64,000 nucleotides of DNA, taken from positions 26,412,001-26,476,000 of the forward strand of contig OZ024741.1 of the NCBI GenBank assembly GCA_964016885.1. The letters run 5' to 3'. Within the stretch, counting starts at the first letter, position 1, and every line of letters begins with the position of its first letter. Position numbers and translations under genes: made by a program. This document shows positions 1-10,839 of this stretch, in pieces. The DNA is from Eledone cirrhosa. Lineage: Eukaryota. A model generated the notes under the pieces. That model was not told the DNA's origin. It worked only from the letters and a program-made list of their open reading frames with translations, and ran no database searches.

Positions 1-347
1 GTACTACAATAGCATCCCCTTACACTATCTCGCTGTATACCTGGATATAGAGTAGTAGTACCCCACCCACCCTCTACCAGATGACTGTACCCCACACCCT
101 CCCACCAGCAGATTGTAAACCTAGATATAGAGTAGTAGCACCCACCCACCCTTGCTTCCTCCCTCACCCAACATGGATATACAGCAATAGTACCTACCCT
201 CCCCAATAGATGTCTCTATAAGAATACAGAGTAACATCCTCCCACCAGCAACACTGGCAACACCAGCACCACCACTGGCAACACCAGCACCACCACCACC
301 AGGGTTCAGGTAGCTGCGTATAAGATGGAGTAGTTTACTTCACTTAC

Positions 348-392
348 CACTTTCAATAACTGGTTTCTCACAAATTCCACATTTCTGTCCAT
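348..392 (-). CDS. VPS41: VPS41 exon, start of RING-H2 finger (GQKCGICEKPVIES)
   Basis: 45 nt, tttcag acceptor, gtaagt donor; CxxC at the position of human CESC; phase consistent. The gene continues beyond both window edges. Confidence 0.85.
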
Positions 393-479
393 CTGAAAGA
401 GAAACAGGCTCAAGTATTAACTGCTACTAAAGGAATATATATCAAACATTGATAATTTTCTTTTTATCAACAAGATTGA

Positions 480-830
480 TATGCGCAGCTTGGTTGGAAG
501 TGGTATCACAACTGGTAGGAGGTAAAATCAGTTGGCTGGAATACGCACTCTATTGTTGCTCGATAGAGTGCGTAGCTCGGAGATCAGAGAGTCACTCCAG
601 GTAGAGCTGTGACTTCTCCGAATTTACAGATCATAGCTCCAATACTATGGAAATATGGTTAGAATGTCTCAGGAAAGAATCACTGGTCAGATTTTATGGG
701 TAAAACAAACAGGCAGGAGACCCAGTCGGATCAACTGGAGACTGTTGCTTCTGACAGGACTTACTGGAAGGAGTGTTTGAGGACTCTGCCCCGACGACCC
801 TCTCCGGAATAAATGGGTGAAGAAGATTTG
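480..830 (+). mobile_element. Degraded RTE-type LINE 3' fragment
   Basis: Translates with stops to LLDRVRSSEIRESLQVE...LQYYGNMVRMSQERITGQILW...GRRP, an RTE C-terminal signature. Confidence 0.6.
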
Positions 831-1327
831 ATAATGTATTGCTAGATATATTGAGCTGGCATAAAGGATTCCATGTTCATGGCTAATATGTCTTTCATCA
901 CAGGTCTCCTTTCACAACCATATTTCTAATGAAATACATTCTATTTTAATTAATTAATGAACATTGTTGAGGGATTTATTAAAATTATTAATCATTTCAT
1001 TACTAAAATATTAACTTAATGTAAGGTTCATATATAAAATTATGTTGGAAGATTTTAATTTAAACTGGAAACCTTTAAAATGTGTGGTTTTATTTCATAG
1101 AACTGGAGCTGGTTTTGGCTGGGTTGGTAACTAACGGGTCAAAGATATATTGGGCTTGAATAAAGATTTCCATATTCACAGCTAACATGTCTTTTGTCAC
1201 ATGTCTGCTTGAAGAAAACAATAACAATTAGTATGTTTGTAGCAGAAAATTTAGAAAGCTACAGGCTTGTACACTTCTAGGTAAATATGAAAAAACAAAA
1301 GAGACATTGTGAAGTATTTCCACTTAC

Positions 1328-1427
1328 AATCGATCATATATCCATGTTGACGAGTTTTGATTTGTTTGGTCAGTAAACTGTAGCTGTCTTTGACAAGGAT
1401 CTTTTGACAACCTTCCAACAGGGCAAT
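1328..1427 (-). CDS. VPS41: VPS41 exon (IALLEGCQKILVKDSYSLLTKQIKTRQHGYMID)
   Basis: Resembles human ILLREGCKKILVADSLSLLKKMHRTQMKG; tag acceptor, gtaagt donor; 100 nt. Confidence 0.93.
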
Positions 1428-1476
1428 CTACAGTAATAACAACAACAACATTACTTATATCTGGTAGTGTGTGTAT

Positions 1477-1640
1477 CATCATCATCATCATTTTATGTCC
1501 GCTTTTCCCTGCTTGCAAGGGTGGGACGGGAACTGATTCTGGCTTGATTTCTACAGCTGGATGCCCTTCCTAACACCAACCTCATTTACAGTGAGTGCTG
1601 GGTGCTTTTTTTCCGTGGCACCTCCACGACCACTTTGTAG
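1477..1640 (-). mobile_element. (GAT)n-tailed short element sharing the RTE 3' UTR
   Basis: ggcttgatttctacagctggatgcccttcctaacaccaacctcatttacagtgagtgctgggtgc is identical to 6638-6702; (CAT)n on the + strand. Confidence 0.75.
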
Positions 1641-1659
1641 TGGAATGATAGGGACTCCA

Positions 1660-1812
1660 GTCCTATCATCTCATTTCTACAGCTGAGTAAACTGGAGCAA
1701 TGTGAAATAAAGTGTCTTGCTCAAGGAAACACCACATCACATCACCCGGTCTGAGAATTGAACTCACAACCTTTTGATTGCAAGCCCAATGCTCTAACCA
1801 CTAAGCCATGTG

Positions 1813-1814
<2 letters not shown>
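1660..1814 (-). mobile_element. tRNA-derived SINE with CORE/V-like central motif
   Basis: Minus strand shows box A tggcttagtgg, box B gttcaattc, then ccttgagcaagacactt; related copy at about 12255-12392. Confidence 0.75.
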
Positions 1815-1876
<62 letters not shown>

Positions 1877-1879
<3 letters not shown>

Positions 1880-4353
1880 AATATAATAAATATAAGAAGA
1901 ATATTCCCACCCCCCCTAAAATCTCGTATGAGAAATCATTGATAACTAGCATAAACTCATTCGTAAAACGTGTTCGGTGGCGTGCGTTCCACTTTGATAG
2001 GAGGTATGATAGCCCTGAGGAGAGGCGTAGTTTTAATAATTATGGATTTAAGACCTATAGGAGCCCCCCGCATAATAGCCTGTTGGATAACTTCGAAAGT
2101 GAGCTATTATCCCTTGTTAGGAATATTAGATATAAAAAATCTAGATGTACCAATAAATTTCAGAGTAAACTAAGTTCAATCGTTAGGGACTTTAGGGATA
2201 ATAAATCCATTCTGGTCCCCTCTGACAAAACTAAAAACTTATATAGTATGGATTATAAAACCTATCGAGGCTTCATTTATAATGAACTACATAGGAACTA
2301 CAAAAAAACAACGCAGAGTAATTTAGATAATATTAATCTGGAGGGGTATAACATAGTGGTAAAATTAGGTCTGGATAAACACACTCAGCCTTATTACCCC
2401 AAGCAGCCTAGATTCACCCTCAAGGACCACAAGGAAGATTTTATTAGCAGACCCTCGGTTAGGCTTATCTGCCCCTCCAAGTCTGACCTGGGGATTATTA
2501 GTAAGGGAATCTTGGATAGCGTTATTCCCCTGGTTAGAGAAAAAACTTTCCTTGAGCTTTGGGGTAACACTAGTGAGGTCATTACATGGTTCTCTACTGA
2601 TTGTGGTCGTGACTCACTAAAATTCATCCAATTTGATATTGATGCTTATTATACATCTATATCTCCTATTATCCTCAATAAGGCCCTCATCCTAGCCATG
2701 CGGAGGGGGGCAATTACTAGGCCACAGATAGATATTGTTCTCGCTGCACGTAAAACCATTATCATGTTTGAGGATAATCTATGGACGAGAAAAAACACAC
2801 CTGATAATTTTGACATCACTATGGGGTCGAGTGACTCTGCTCAAGTCACCGACTTAGTTGGACTATACCTCCTCAATGAACTGCATAGTAACTTCCCTTT
2901 CCTTAGGGGTGGGTTGTACCGAGATGACGCCCTACTCTCCATAGATACTAGTAAGTATAATATAGAGCGCATTAGGAAAAAGCTGCATAGCTTTTTTAAA
3001 ACTTTTAACCTATCCATTACAATGGATGTAAATGATAGAACTGTGAACTTCCTAGATGTTACACTGGACTTGGATAACCATACGTACACACCGTACCATA
3101 AGCCCAATGAATTGCTGACTTACGTGAATACCAACTCCAACCACCCTAGGTCTGTCATCAGCGGTATACTGAAGGGCGTATCTAACAGAATAAGTTCACT
3201 CTCACATAGTGAGGAGGCGTTTGACTCGCAGGCTGATTACTATAACGACGCCTTAGCTAGATCCGGCTTTAGGGACAAATTGTATTACACCCAGGGAAAT
3301 AATGGTCCTAATAGTAGCTCTACCAGTGTTGTTATAACACATAATATGTCCATTGGTAATCGAGGTGTCGCGAATGGGAGGGTTCTAAATGCCGGTGGAA
3401 TGAAACAGCAGGGCACCATTAGTCTAAGTAATAACAATAGAGGTGTCGTGAACGGGAGGTTTCTAGATGCCGGTGGAATGAACCAGCAGGGCACCATTAG
3501 TCTAAGTAATAGCAATGGTGGGCCTCGCAGCTCCCCGCATAGACTAGGTGAGCATAGGAACCGTAGAAATAATAATGCTAATAATACTGATGGAAATAGA
3601 AAGAATAAAAAGAATAGAAGAAGATTGAATACATACTTCAACCCCCCTTTTAATTCTGAAGTGGCTACAAATATTCCTAGGGCCTTCTTCTCTGTGCTAG
3701 AACGGAACTTCCCTCCTGGTAATAGGTACCACTCTATCCTCAATAAGAATGTTGTTAAACTTTCGTATTCTACAACCCAAAATCTGGCCTCTCATCTGGC
3801 CATTACTAATAATAAGAAAATAAAGGAAGGCCTGGACAACCTAAGCCTAGGGGAAAACACGGTAGTGGATAGAGTGGGCAGTAACACTGGTGGTAATCTT
3901 TCTGAGAATAGCATCACCAGAGGTTGTAACTGTAGAAGGGCTTCAGGCTGCCCCCTGAATGGTTTCTGCCTTGTTAGAAACATAGTTTATGCGTGTGATG
4001 TGGTAACTACGGCGTCCACTATGACCTATATAGGATCAACTTCCACCCCCTTTAAGACCAGGTTTAACTCTCATCAATGCACTTTTAGACATAATAAACT
4101 GAAGAACTCCACCTCCTTGGCAGCGTACGTCCATAATTTAAAAAATGCACGAACACCTTACACACTTACTTGGCGGCAGGTTGCTAAATCCCATCCATAT
4201 ACTCCTCATAGTAGAGTATGCAACCTGTGCCTTGCCGAATCCCACTCTATTATATTTGCTAAATGCCCTCTACTAAATAGAAAGTCTGAAATTTTTTCCT
4301 CTTGCCCCCACCGAATATTAAGCTCTTTCTTCTACTTTAAACCTGTTAGCTAG
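1877..4353 (+). CDS. Penelope-like RT plus C-terminal GIY-YIG endonuclease
   Basis: RT motifs FDIDAYYTSI, MGSSDSAQVTDLVG, YRDD; CNC-x5-C-x5-C linker; IVY...YIGST...FKTRFNSH...CNLC...LNRKSE...CPH endonuclease; no internal stops; no ATG at the 5' junction. Confidence 0.93.
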
Positions 4354-5759
4354 CACGTCCTTATTCCTCCAGTTGGGCTGTCTTGTGTAACTGTCTCTGA
4401 CTGAGTGTAACTGTCTCCTAATGTTGGTCGTCTATGTATACGAGTCTGTGAATGTATACGTATGCCTGTGGGAGGATATTGATCTTGATATTGGGGTGTG
4501 CAGGGGAGTGTATGTTAATAAGCACCCCTGTTTGGTACAGTGGATGTAACCCATCCACGCTGGCCTACCCACCATTAGTGCATTGGTGGACCTATCCTAA
4601 CGTATATCTTGTTGATCTGTACCTCTGTATGCGCACGAGTTGTGATGTAATGTATTTATGTAAAGCGTGTACTGTGATTTAGGCTGCACTAGTAGAAATT
4701 TAGCCTGTAACTGTGGGCGGACCCGTGCCATCCTGCCGTAAGCAGTGGATACGTGGCGCATATACGTGTTGCCCTCATATTCTGTGGTTCAAGATCTACA
4801 GGCTGACCTCTGGGAGCTCTTACCCGGGGTTGTAGTCTTTCTAGCACGATCGGCCTTCCATATATTGACGGTCGTTTTTATGATCCCGAAAGTAACGTTT
4901 TGGCCCCGATGGCCCTCCGTAGTTACTAACGGTCTGTGTACACTCGAATCGGTCAATGGCACGTGCAGACATGAATATCTCCGTAGGATTTCAACTTTAT
5001 TTTAATACATCTCATCGTATGTATTTGTTTTGAATATATTACCTGTGGTGGTGGGTCTGGTCTAATGTGGTATTTCGGTGTTTAATATCGTATTTAATAT
5101 CGTATTTAATATCGGCTTTGACCCGGGTGTCCTACGCTGTGTGTGTGTGTCCGTGTATACATTTATATGTGTATGGGTGTAGGTGGTTATATGTGTCTGT
5201 GTATATATATAAAAAAATATATATATATATATATGTATACCGTCTCTGCATATGCATGTGGTGTGTATACGTGCATATACGTGCTGAACATATTGATGTG
5301 TACAATCTTGTGATGTCCCAATGCGGTGACTTAATGGCTCTTGAAGCTATTTTTTTTATATATCTTCTGTCTTTTTATATATATTTTGTATGCGCTACAA
5401 CTGTGTCTGCTTGCTTTAACCTCACCTCGCTTGCTAATGCATGTGAATTCTTCTACCTCCTTCGATGCACCTCTCTCTGACCATTTGACTCCTGCCCGTG
5501 TGTGAACCGGTTTGTGATTACCCCACCGCTCAACTGTGTGAATGCACACCCATGACTTTCGAGTGAACTTTCGAGACTGCCCAACCTGGGACGCCTCCAT
5601 TGCCTTGCAATGGTCAAGTGATACTGGTGACTGTGACACTTAGTGCCTTCGTGGGCCCCTGATGTTTTCAAGAAATATATTTTAAAAAATTGGTCAAGTG
5701 ATACACATAACTGTGACATTTAGTGCCTTCGTGGGCCCCTGATATATTCAAGAGATATA

Positions 5760-5859
5760 TTCTAAAAAAATATATATCTTATCTCAATTTACTTTATTTC
5801 ATTTTATTTTATTTCATTTCATGTTATCTAATTTTATTTATTTACTTACTTGACTCCAT

Positions 5860-5899
<40 letters not shown>

Positions 5900-6290
5900 A
5901 TTTAAATTTAAATTTAAATTTTAAAATTTTAAAATTTAAATTTTATTTATTTATTTAATTTTTATTTATTTATTTATTTATTTATTTAATTACATTTAAT
6001 TATACATTTAATTATATCTTATATTATATTATTTTAATTTAGTCTATGTTATTTGATTTTAGTTTACCTTATTTTATCTTATTTTACGATTATACTATAT
6101 TATGTTCTATGTATATAATTTTTAATTTTTAATTTTATATTATTTTATCTCATTCCTTACCCTATATTTTATATTTTATATGTAAGTTTGTTATGTATTT
6201 CTTTGTATTTCTTTTTATATATATTATAAGTCTGTTTTTCACCTATTTTTTACCTATTTTTTACCTACTCTTACCTAATCCCATTATCTT
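5760..6290. repeat. Extremely AT-rich (TTTA)n/(TTTAAA)n tract
   Basis: Direct reading. Confidence 0.8.
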
Positions 6291-6815
6291 ATCTACTCTT
6301 GTCTGTTCTCTTATCCATGTGTCTACTCTTGTCTGTTCTCTTATCCATGTGTATGCTTGTATGTAACTATATGTTGACAGCACCCCGCCCAACTGTGACT
6401 GATAGCACCCCTTATTTTTATTTTTATTTTTATTTTTATTCTTATCCTCTATCGTCTATTATTACCTTTCATTCTTCAATGTCTTGGATTTGTTATTGCT
6501 TGTATGGTATGTCATCATCATCATCATCATCACCGTTTTACGTCCGTTCTTCCACGCTAGCATGGGTTAGACGGGTTGTCCTGTTGTGGGCAGTGTCTGG
6601 TCGGCTGACCATGCCTTGCTCATACAGGAACTGATCTGGCTTGATTTCTACAGCTGGATGCCCTTCCTAACACCAACCTCATTTACAGTGAGTGCTGGGT
6701 GCTTTTTCGTGGCGCCTACACGTCCACTTTACAGTGTGGGCTGGGTGCTTTTTTGCCGTGGCACCTCCACGACCACCTTGCGGTGGGGGGGGGGGGGGCA
6801 TATTGTTTATATGCT

Positions 6816-9800
6816 TCAGCATGTACCCATGGGAGGTCGGGTACCCTGTATTACTGCGTGACGCCAGAAGTCACGGTCGTGTGTCATTGACTTTGAGAGG
6901 TGTAGTTGGGTAAGGTCGGCTTTTATCACCTCATCCCAAGTCATCTTGGGTCTCCCCACTCCGCGGTTTCCATCAACTTCTAGTGCTCTGCACCTTTTTA
7001 TGCAGCTGTCATCCTTCATACGCATCACATGCCCATACCAGCGTAACCGCCTCTCCTGCACGCAGCATTTGATTCCTCTTATGCTCAGTCTCTCTCTCAA
7101 TTCATTTATGCTTTGTCGTTCACGTATATTACTGTTACACATCCATCGGAGCATGCAGGCTTCGTTTCTCTCTAATCTACGTAAGTCTTCCACCTTCAGC
7201 GCCCAGGTCTCACTACCATGCAACATCGCTGTTCGGATACACGCATCATACAGTCTGCCTTTCATTCTGAGGGAGAAGCCTTTTGCAGCTAGCAGTGGTA
7301 GTAGTTCCCTAAACTTCTTCCATCCCGTTCTTACCCTAGTTATTGTACTTTCTGAGCACCCACCTCCGTTGCTAATTCGGTCACCTAGGTAGCAGAAGCT
7401 GTCTACTGTTTCTACAGGGCCCTCCCAGAGATTGGTGGTACTTGTTTCCTGTGGCTGTTTGCTTGCTGTTTCAGCACAGCTGCTGCATGTGAATCCTACA
7501 TTCTTAATTAAGCTTCCTGAGATCCCGCTACATCTCTTGTGTACCCATTGTTTGCATTTGGGGCAAAGAATGGAGTTCCTACCTACACCTTTCCTACATA
7601 CTGAGCAAGGCCATTTCCCTGAGGGGATCTGGGTTCTGTTTTCTCGTCTACTTATAAGGACCTTAGTCTTTGTCATGTTGACTTTGAGGCCCTTTCTCTC
7701 TAGTCCCTGCTTCCAGGTTTGGAATTTATTCTCTAGTTCTACCATAGATTCAGCTATGAGTGCGAGGTCATCAGCATACAGGAGTTCCCATGGGCATCCG
7801 GTCTTAAACTCCTCCGTTATTGCCTGCAGGACTATGATGAACAGGAGAGGGCTAAGAACAGAGCCCTGGTGGACCCCAACCTGTACGCTAAATTCCTCGC
7901 TATACTCATTGCCAATCCTAACTTTGCTGACTGCTCCCCTATACATGGCTTGTACCGCTTTCACAAGCCATTCATCTACTCCTAGTTTTCTAAGAGCCCA
8001 CCAGATTACTGCACGTGGAACTCTGTCAAAGGCTTTCTCAAGGTCGACAAATGCCAAGTAGAGTGGCTTACTTTTAGCTAGGTACTTTTCCTGTAATTGC
8101 CTCACAAGGAAGAGCGCATCAGTGGTGCCTTTCCCTGGAACAAACCCAAATTGCATCTCGTCTATATTCACCCGGTCCCTAATCAGCTGTGCTATAACTC
8201 TTTCTGTTACTTTCATGACCTGGTCCATCAACTTTATACCTCTATAGTTTCCTCTATCTAGTGCATCGCCTTTACCTTTGTAGCAGTTGACAATGATGCT
8301 ACTGCACCAATCTTTTGGTATGGCCCCCTCTAGTATTACCTGGTTAACGATACGTGTGGTTATAGTGTGACCTACAGACCCAGATGCCTTCAGCATCTCG
8401 GCAGCTATACCCGATGGACCGGTTGCCTTCCCTATCTTCATATCTCTGATTGCCTTACTTACTACGCTGCCGCTGACTTGTACTGCTGGTCCCTCTATAG
8501 GGTCTACGTGGGGTAGGGTCTCTTCTTCCCATGCATTCTCCTCATTTAGTAATCTATCATAATGACTCTTCCATGCATCTTTCTTCTCAGCACTTGTGAG
8601 GGCAAGCTCACCTTTATCATTCCGGATACACTTCTCTCCAATGACATCACAACTATCTCTGACACACTGCCTCGCAATCTTGAATACCTCCTGTTTCTGG
8701 TCCTCACGTTGTAAAACATGCTTGAATTTTCTATCCTCTGCTTCCCTCCTAGCTAAGTATACTTGTCGCCTAGCTTCCCTCTTGGTCTCTATGTAATGTA
8801 CCCTGCTCCCCCCGTTCTTCCATTCTTTCCATGCCTGTCTCTTGGCCTTGACTGCTTCATCTACCTTATTGTTCCACCACCAAGTCACTCTCCTCCTGCT
8901 TGAGGTCTTACTCCAGCCACAAACCTCATCCGTCGCCTCTAGTAAGTTATTTTTTAGGAACTCCCAGTTCTCTTCTACGTTAAATGTCTCTATCTGTTCT
9001 TCTTTACTGTCGTAGGCGTTGAGTAAAATATCTTTAAATCTGTTACTGGTTGAGGGGACTTTCAGCTTCCAGATCTTTCTTCTCCAGGTTGGCCTCTGTT
9101 TCAGGGCTCGTCTAGTTCTGACCGTGAGGTCGCTGACAACTAAGCTATGTTGGGATGTACATTCCTCACTAGGGAAGGCTTTTGTGTTTACGACCGTCCA
9201 TCTGTCACGTCCTCTGATGAGGATAAAATCTAACTGACTAGAGTGCTCCCCTGATCTATAGGTGATCAGGTGGTTGTCGGGTTTTTTAAAGTTTGTGTTA
9301 CATATCGACATGTCATTGGCGTCGCAGAATTCTAGAAGTCTGAATCCTTCCTCATTCCTTGTGCCAACTCCATGGCCTCCATGTACTCTATTGAAGCCGT
9401 CGCAGTGTTTACCTACGTGTCCGTTAAAATCTCCTGCAATGATTAGGAAGTCCTTGTCGTCTGTTAGAGCAGTAGTGTGTATTAGGGACTCGTAAAACCT
9501 ATCCTTAAGTTCGTCTGGCAGCCCCGATTGGGGTGCGTAAGCTGATATTATTGTGGTAATTGTCTTATTCAGGACTAGTCTGAGTTTAATGATTCTTGCA
9601 TTTACCCTGTACACTGAGATTACTTTATCTACCCACTTGTCAGCTAATAGTATACCTACACCACCCATCCCATCGTCATTTCCCACCCAGAAAAATTTGT
9701 AGCACTGGCTTTTTCCTACAAGGACTCTAGCAGACCCTCCTCTCCATCTAGTCTCTTGCACACAGCATACATCAACTTCCTTTCGCTCTAGCATTTCTAC

Positions 9801-9935
9801 GATTTCTCCTGCTCTTCCTTTCATTGAGCCTACATTGATGGTACCAACTCGGAGTTTTGGGCATTTGTCGACACTCGTAGGGGAGGGTCTCTGGGTTGGC
9901 GCTTCACGTGGGTGCTTGGTAGCTCGCAGATTCAT
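6816..9935 (-). CDS. RTE LINE ORF: APE endonuclease, RT and PHD-like Zn finger (1039 aa)
   Basis: GTINV, VQETRW, YAPQ, GDFNGHVG, LDFIL; FVDLEKAFDRV, QGSVLSP, YADD; FCYLG, GSETW, RRLRWYGHVMR. Confidence 0.96.
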   Translation of the reverse strand: MNLRATKHPREAPTQRPSPTSVDKCPKLRVGTINVGSMKGRAGEIVEMLERKEVDVCCVQETRWRGGSARVLVGKSQCYKFFWVGNDDGMGGVGILLADKWVDKVISVYRVNARIIKLRLVLNKTITTIISAYAPQSGLPDELKDRFYESLIHTTALTDDKDFLIIAGDFNGHVGKHCDGFNRVHGGHGVGTRNEEGFRLLEFCDANDMSICNTNFKKPDNHLITYRSGEHSSQLDFILIRGRDRWTVVNTKAFPSEECTSQHSLVVSDLTVRTRRALKQRPTWRRKIWKLKVPSTSNRFKDILLNAYDSKEEQIETFNVEENWEFLKNNLLEATDEVCGWSKTSSRRRVTWWWNNKVDEAVKAKRQAWKEWKNGGSRVHYIETKREARRQVYLARREAEDRKFKHVLQREDQKQEVFKIARQCVRDSCDVIGEKCIRNDKGELALTSAEKKDAWKSHYDRLLNEENAWEEETLPHVDPIEGPAVQVSGSVVSKAIRDMKIGKATGPSGIAAEMLKASGSVGHTITTRIVNQVILEGAIPKDWCSSIIVNCYKGKGDALDRGNYRGIKLMDQVMKVTERVIAQLIRDRVNIDEMQFGFVPGKGTTDALFLVRQLQEKYLAKSKPLYLAFVDLEKAFDRVPRAVIWWALRKLGVDEWLVKAVQAMYRGAVSKVRIGNEYSEEFSVQVGVHQGSVLSPLLFIIVLQAITEEFKTGCPWELLYADDLALIAESMVELENKFQTWKQGLERKGLKVNMTKTKVLISRRENRTQIPSGKWPCSVCRKGVGRNSILCPKCKQWVHKRCSGISGSLIKNVGFTCSSCAETASKQPQETSTTNLWEGPVETVDSFCYLGDRISNGGGCSESTITRVRTGWKKFRELLPLLAAKGFSLRMKGRLYDACIRTAMLHGSETWALKVEDLRRLERNEACMLRWMCNSNIRERQSINELRERLSIRGIKCCVQERRLRWYGHVMRMKDDSCIKRCRALEVDGNRGVGRPKMTWDEVIKADLTQLHLSKSMTHDRDFWRHAVIQGTRPPMGTC

Positions 9936-10249
9936 ATTTCATCTATTGATTCAGAGTTGCTCGTGTATTCCCAGCTCATCCATCCCTAACGGTGGGAAAA
10001 TTGAGGGCTAGAAGGACAGTGGTGGTGGGGTAATGGCAGGGTGTGTTGGGATGCGCCAGAGGAGGAGAGAGTTAGTTAGGCAGGTAGTAGCAGCAGCAGC
10101 AGTGGAAATGGCATGCTAGGTTTGATTGGTCGAATAGACTATGGTGGTGTGTGGGGGTGGGGGGGAGGGAAATTGTGAGGTAGGAACTGAGGGTCGCATG
10201 GTAAATATCCAAGTTAATACTACATCAGTAAAATTAACAATAATAACGT

Positions 10250-10839
10250 CATGAAAAAAGCTACTAAGAGAAACCCTCGAAAATTTATCGCTAATACAGC
10301 AGGGAAAATTTAACGCTAATACAGCAGGGAACATCATAATATTAACGACATGAAAAAGCTACTAAGAGAAACCCTCGAAAATTTATCGCTAATACAGCAG
10401 GGAAAATTTAACGCTAATACAGCAGGGAACATCATAATATTAACGACATGAAAAAGCTACTAAGAGAAACCCTCGAAAATTTATCGCTAATACAGCAGGG
10501 AAAATTTAACGCTAATACAGCAGGGAACATCATAATATTAACGACATGAAAAAGCTACTAAGAGAAACCCTCGAAAATTTATCGCTAATACAGCAGGGAA
10601 AATTTAACGCTAATACAGCAGGGAACATCATAATATTAACGACATGAAAAAGCTACTAAGAGAAACCCTCGAAAATTTATCGCTAATACAGCAGGGAAAA
10701 TTTAACGCTAATACAGCAGGGAACATCATAATATTAACGACATGAAAAAGCTACTAAGAGAAACCCTCGAAAATTTATCGCTAATACAGCAGGGAAAATT
10801 TAACGCTAATACAGCAGGGAACATCATAATATTAACGAC
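10250..10839. repeat. 98-bp tandem array, 6 units (2 more at 11149-11346)
   Basis: Unit starts at 10250, 10349, 10447, 10545, 10643, 10741; units nearly identical. Confidence 0.93.

Noticed and set aside
850-1210. About 60-bp direct repeats and an aaaattatgttgg motif also seen near 19720 (reverse) and 63540
   Set aside because: Probably an old dispersed repeat, but its ends and class cannot be defined from this window
1810-1876. IYIYIY N-terminus of the 847-aa ORF
   Set aside because: Translation of the (TA)n tract from a non-ATG start; not part of the protein
6946-9495. Plus-strand ORFs within the RTE and minus-strand ORFs within the PLE
   Set aside because: Antisense shadows of real ORFs with no recognisable motifs
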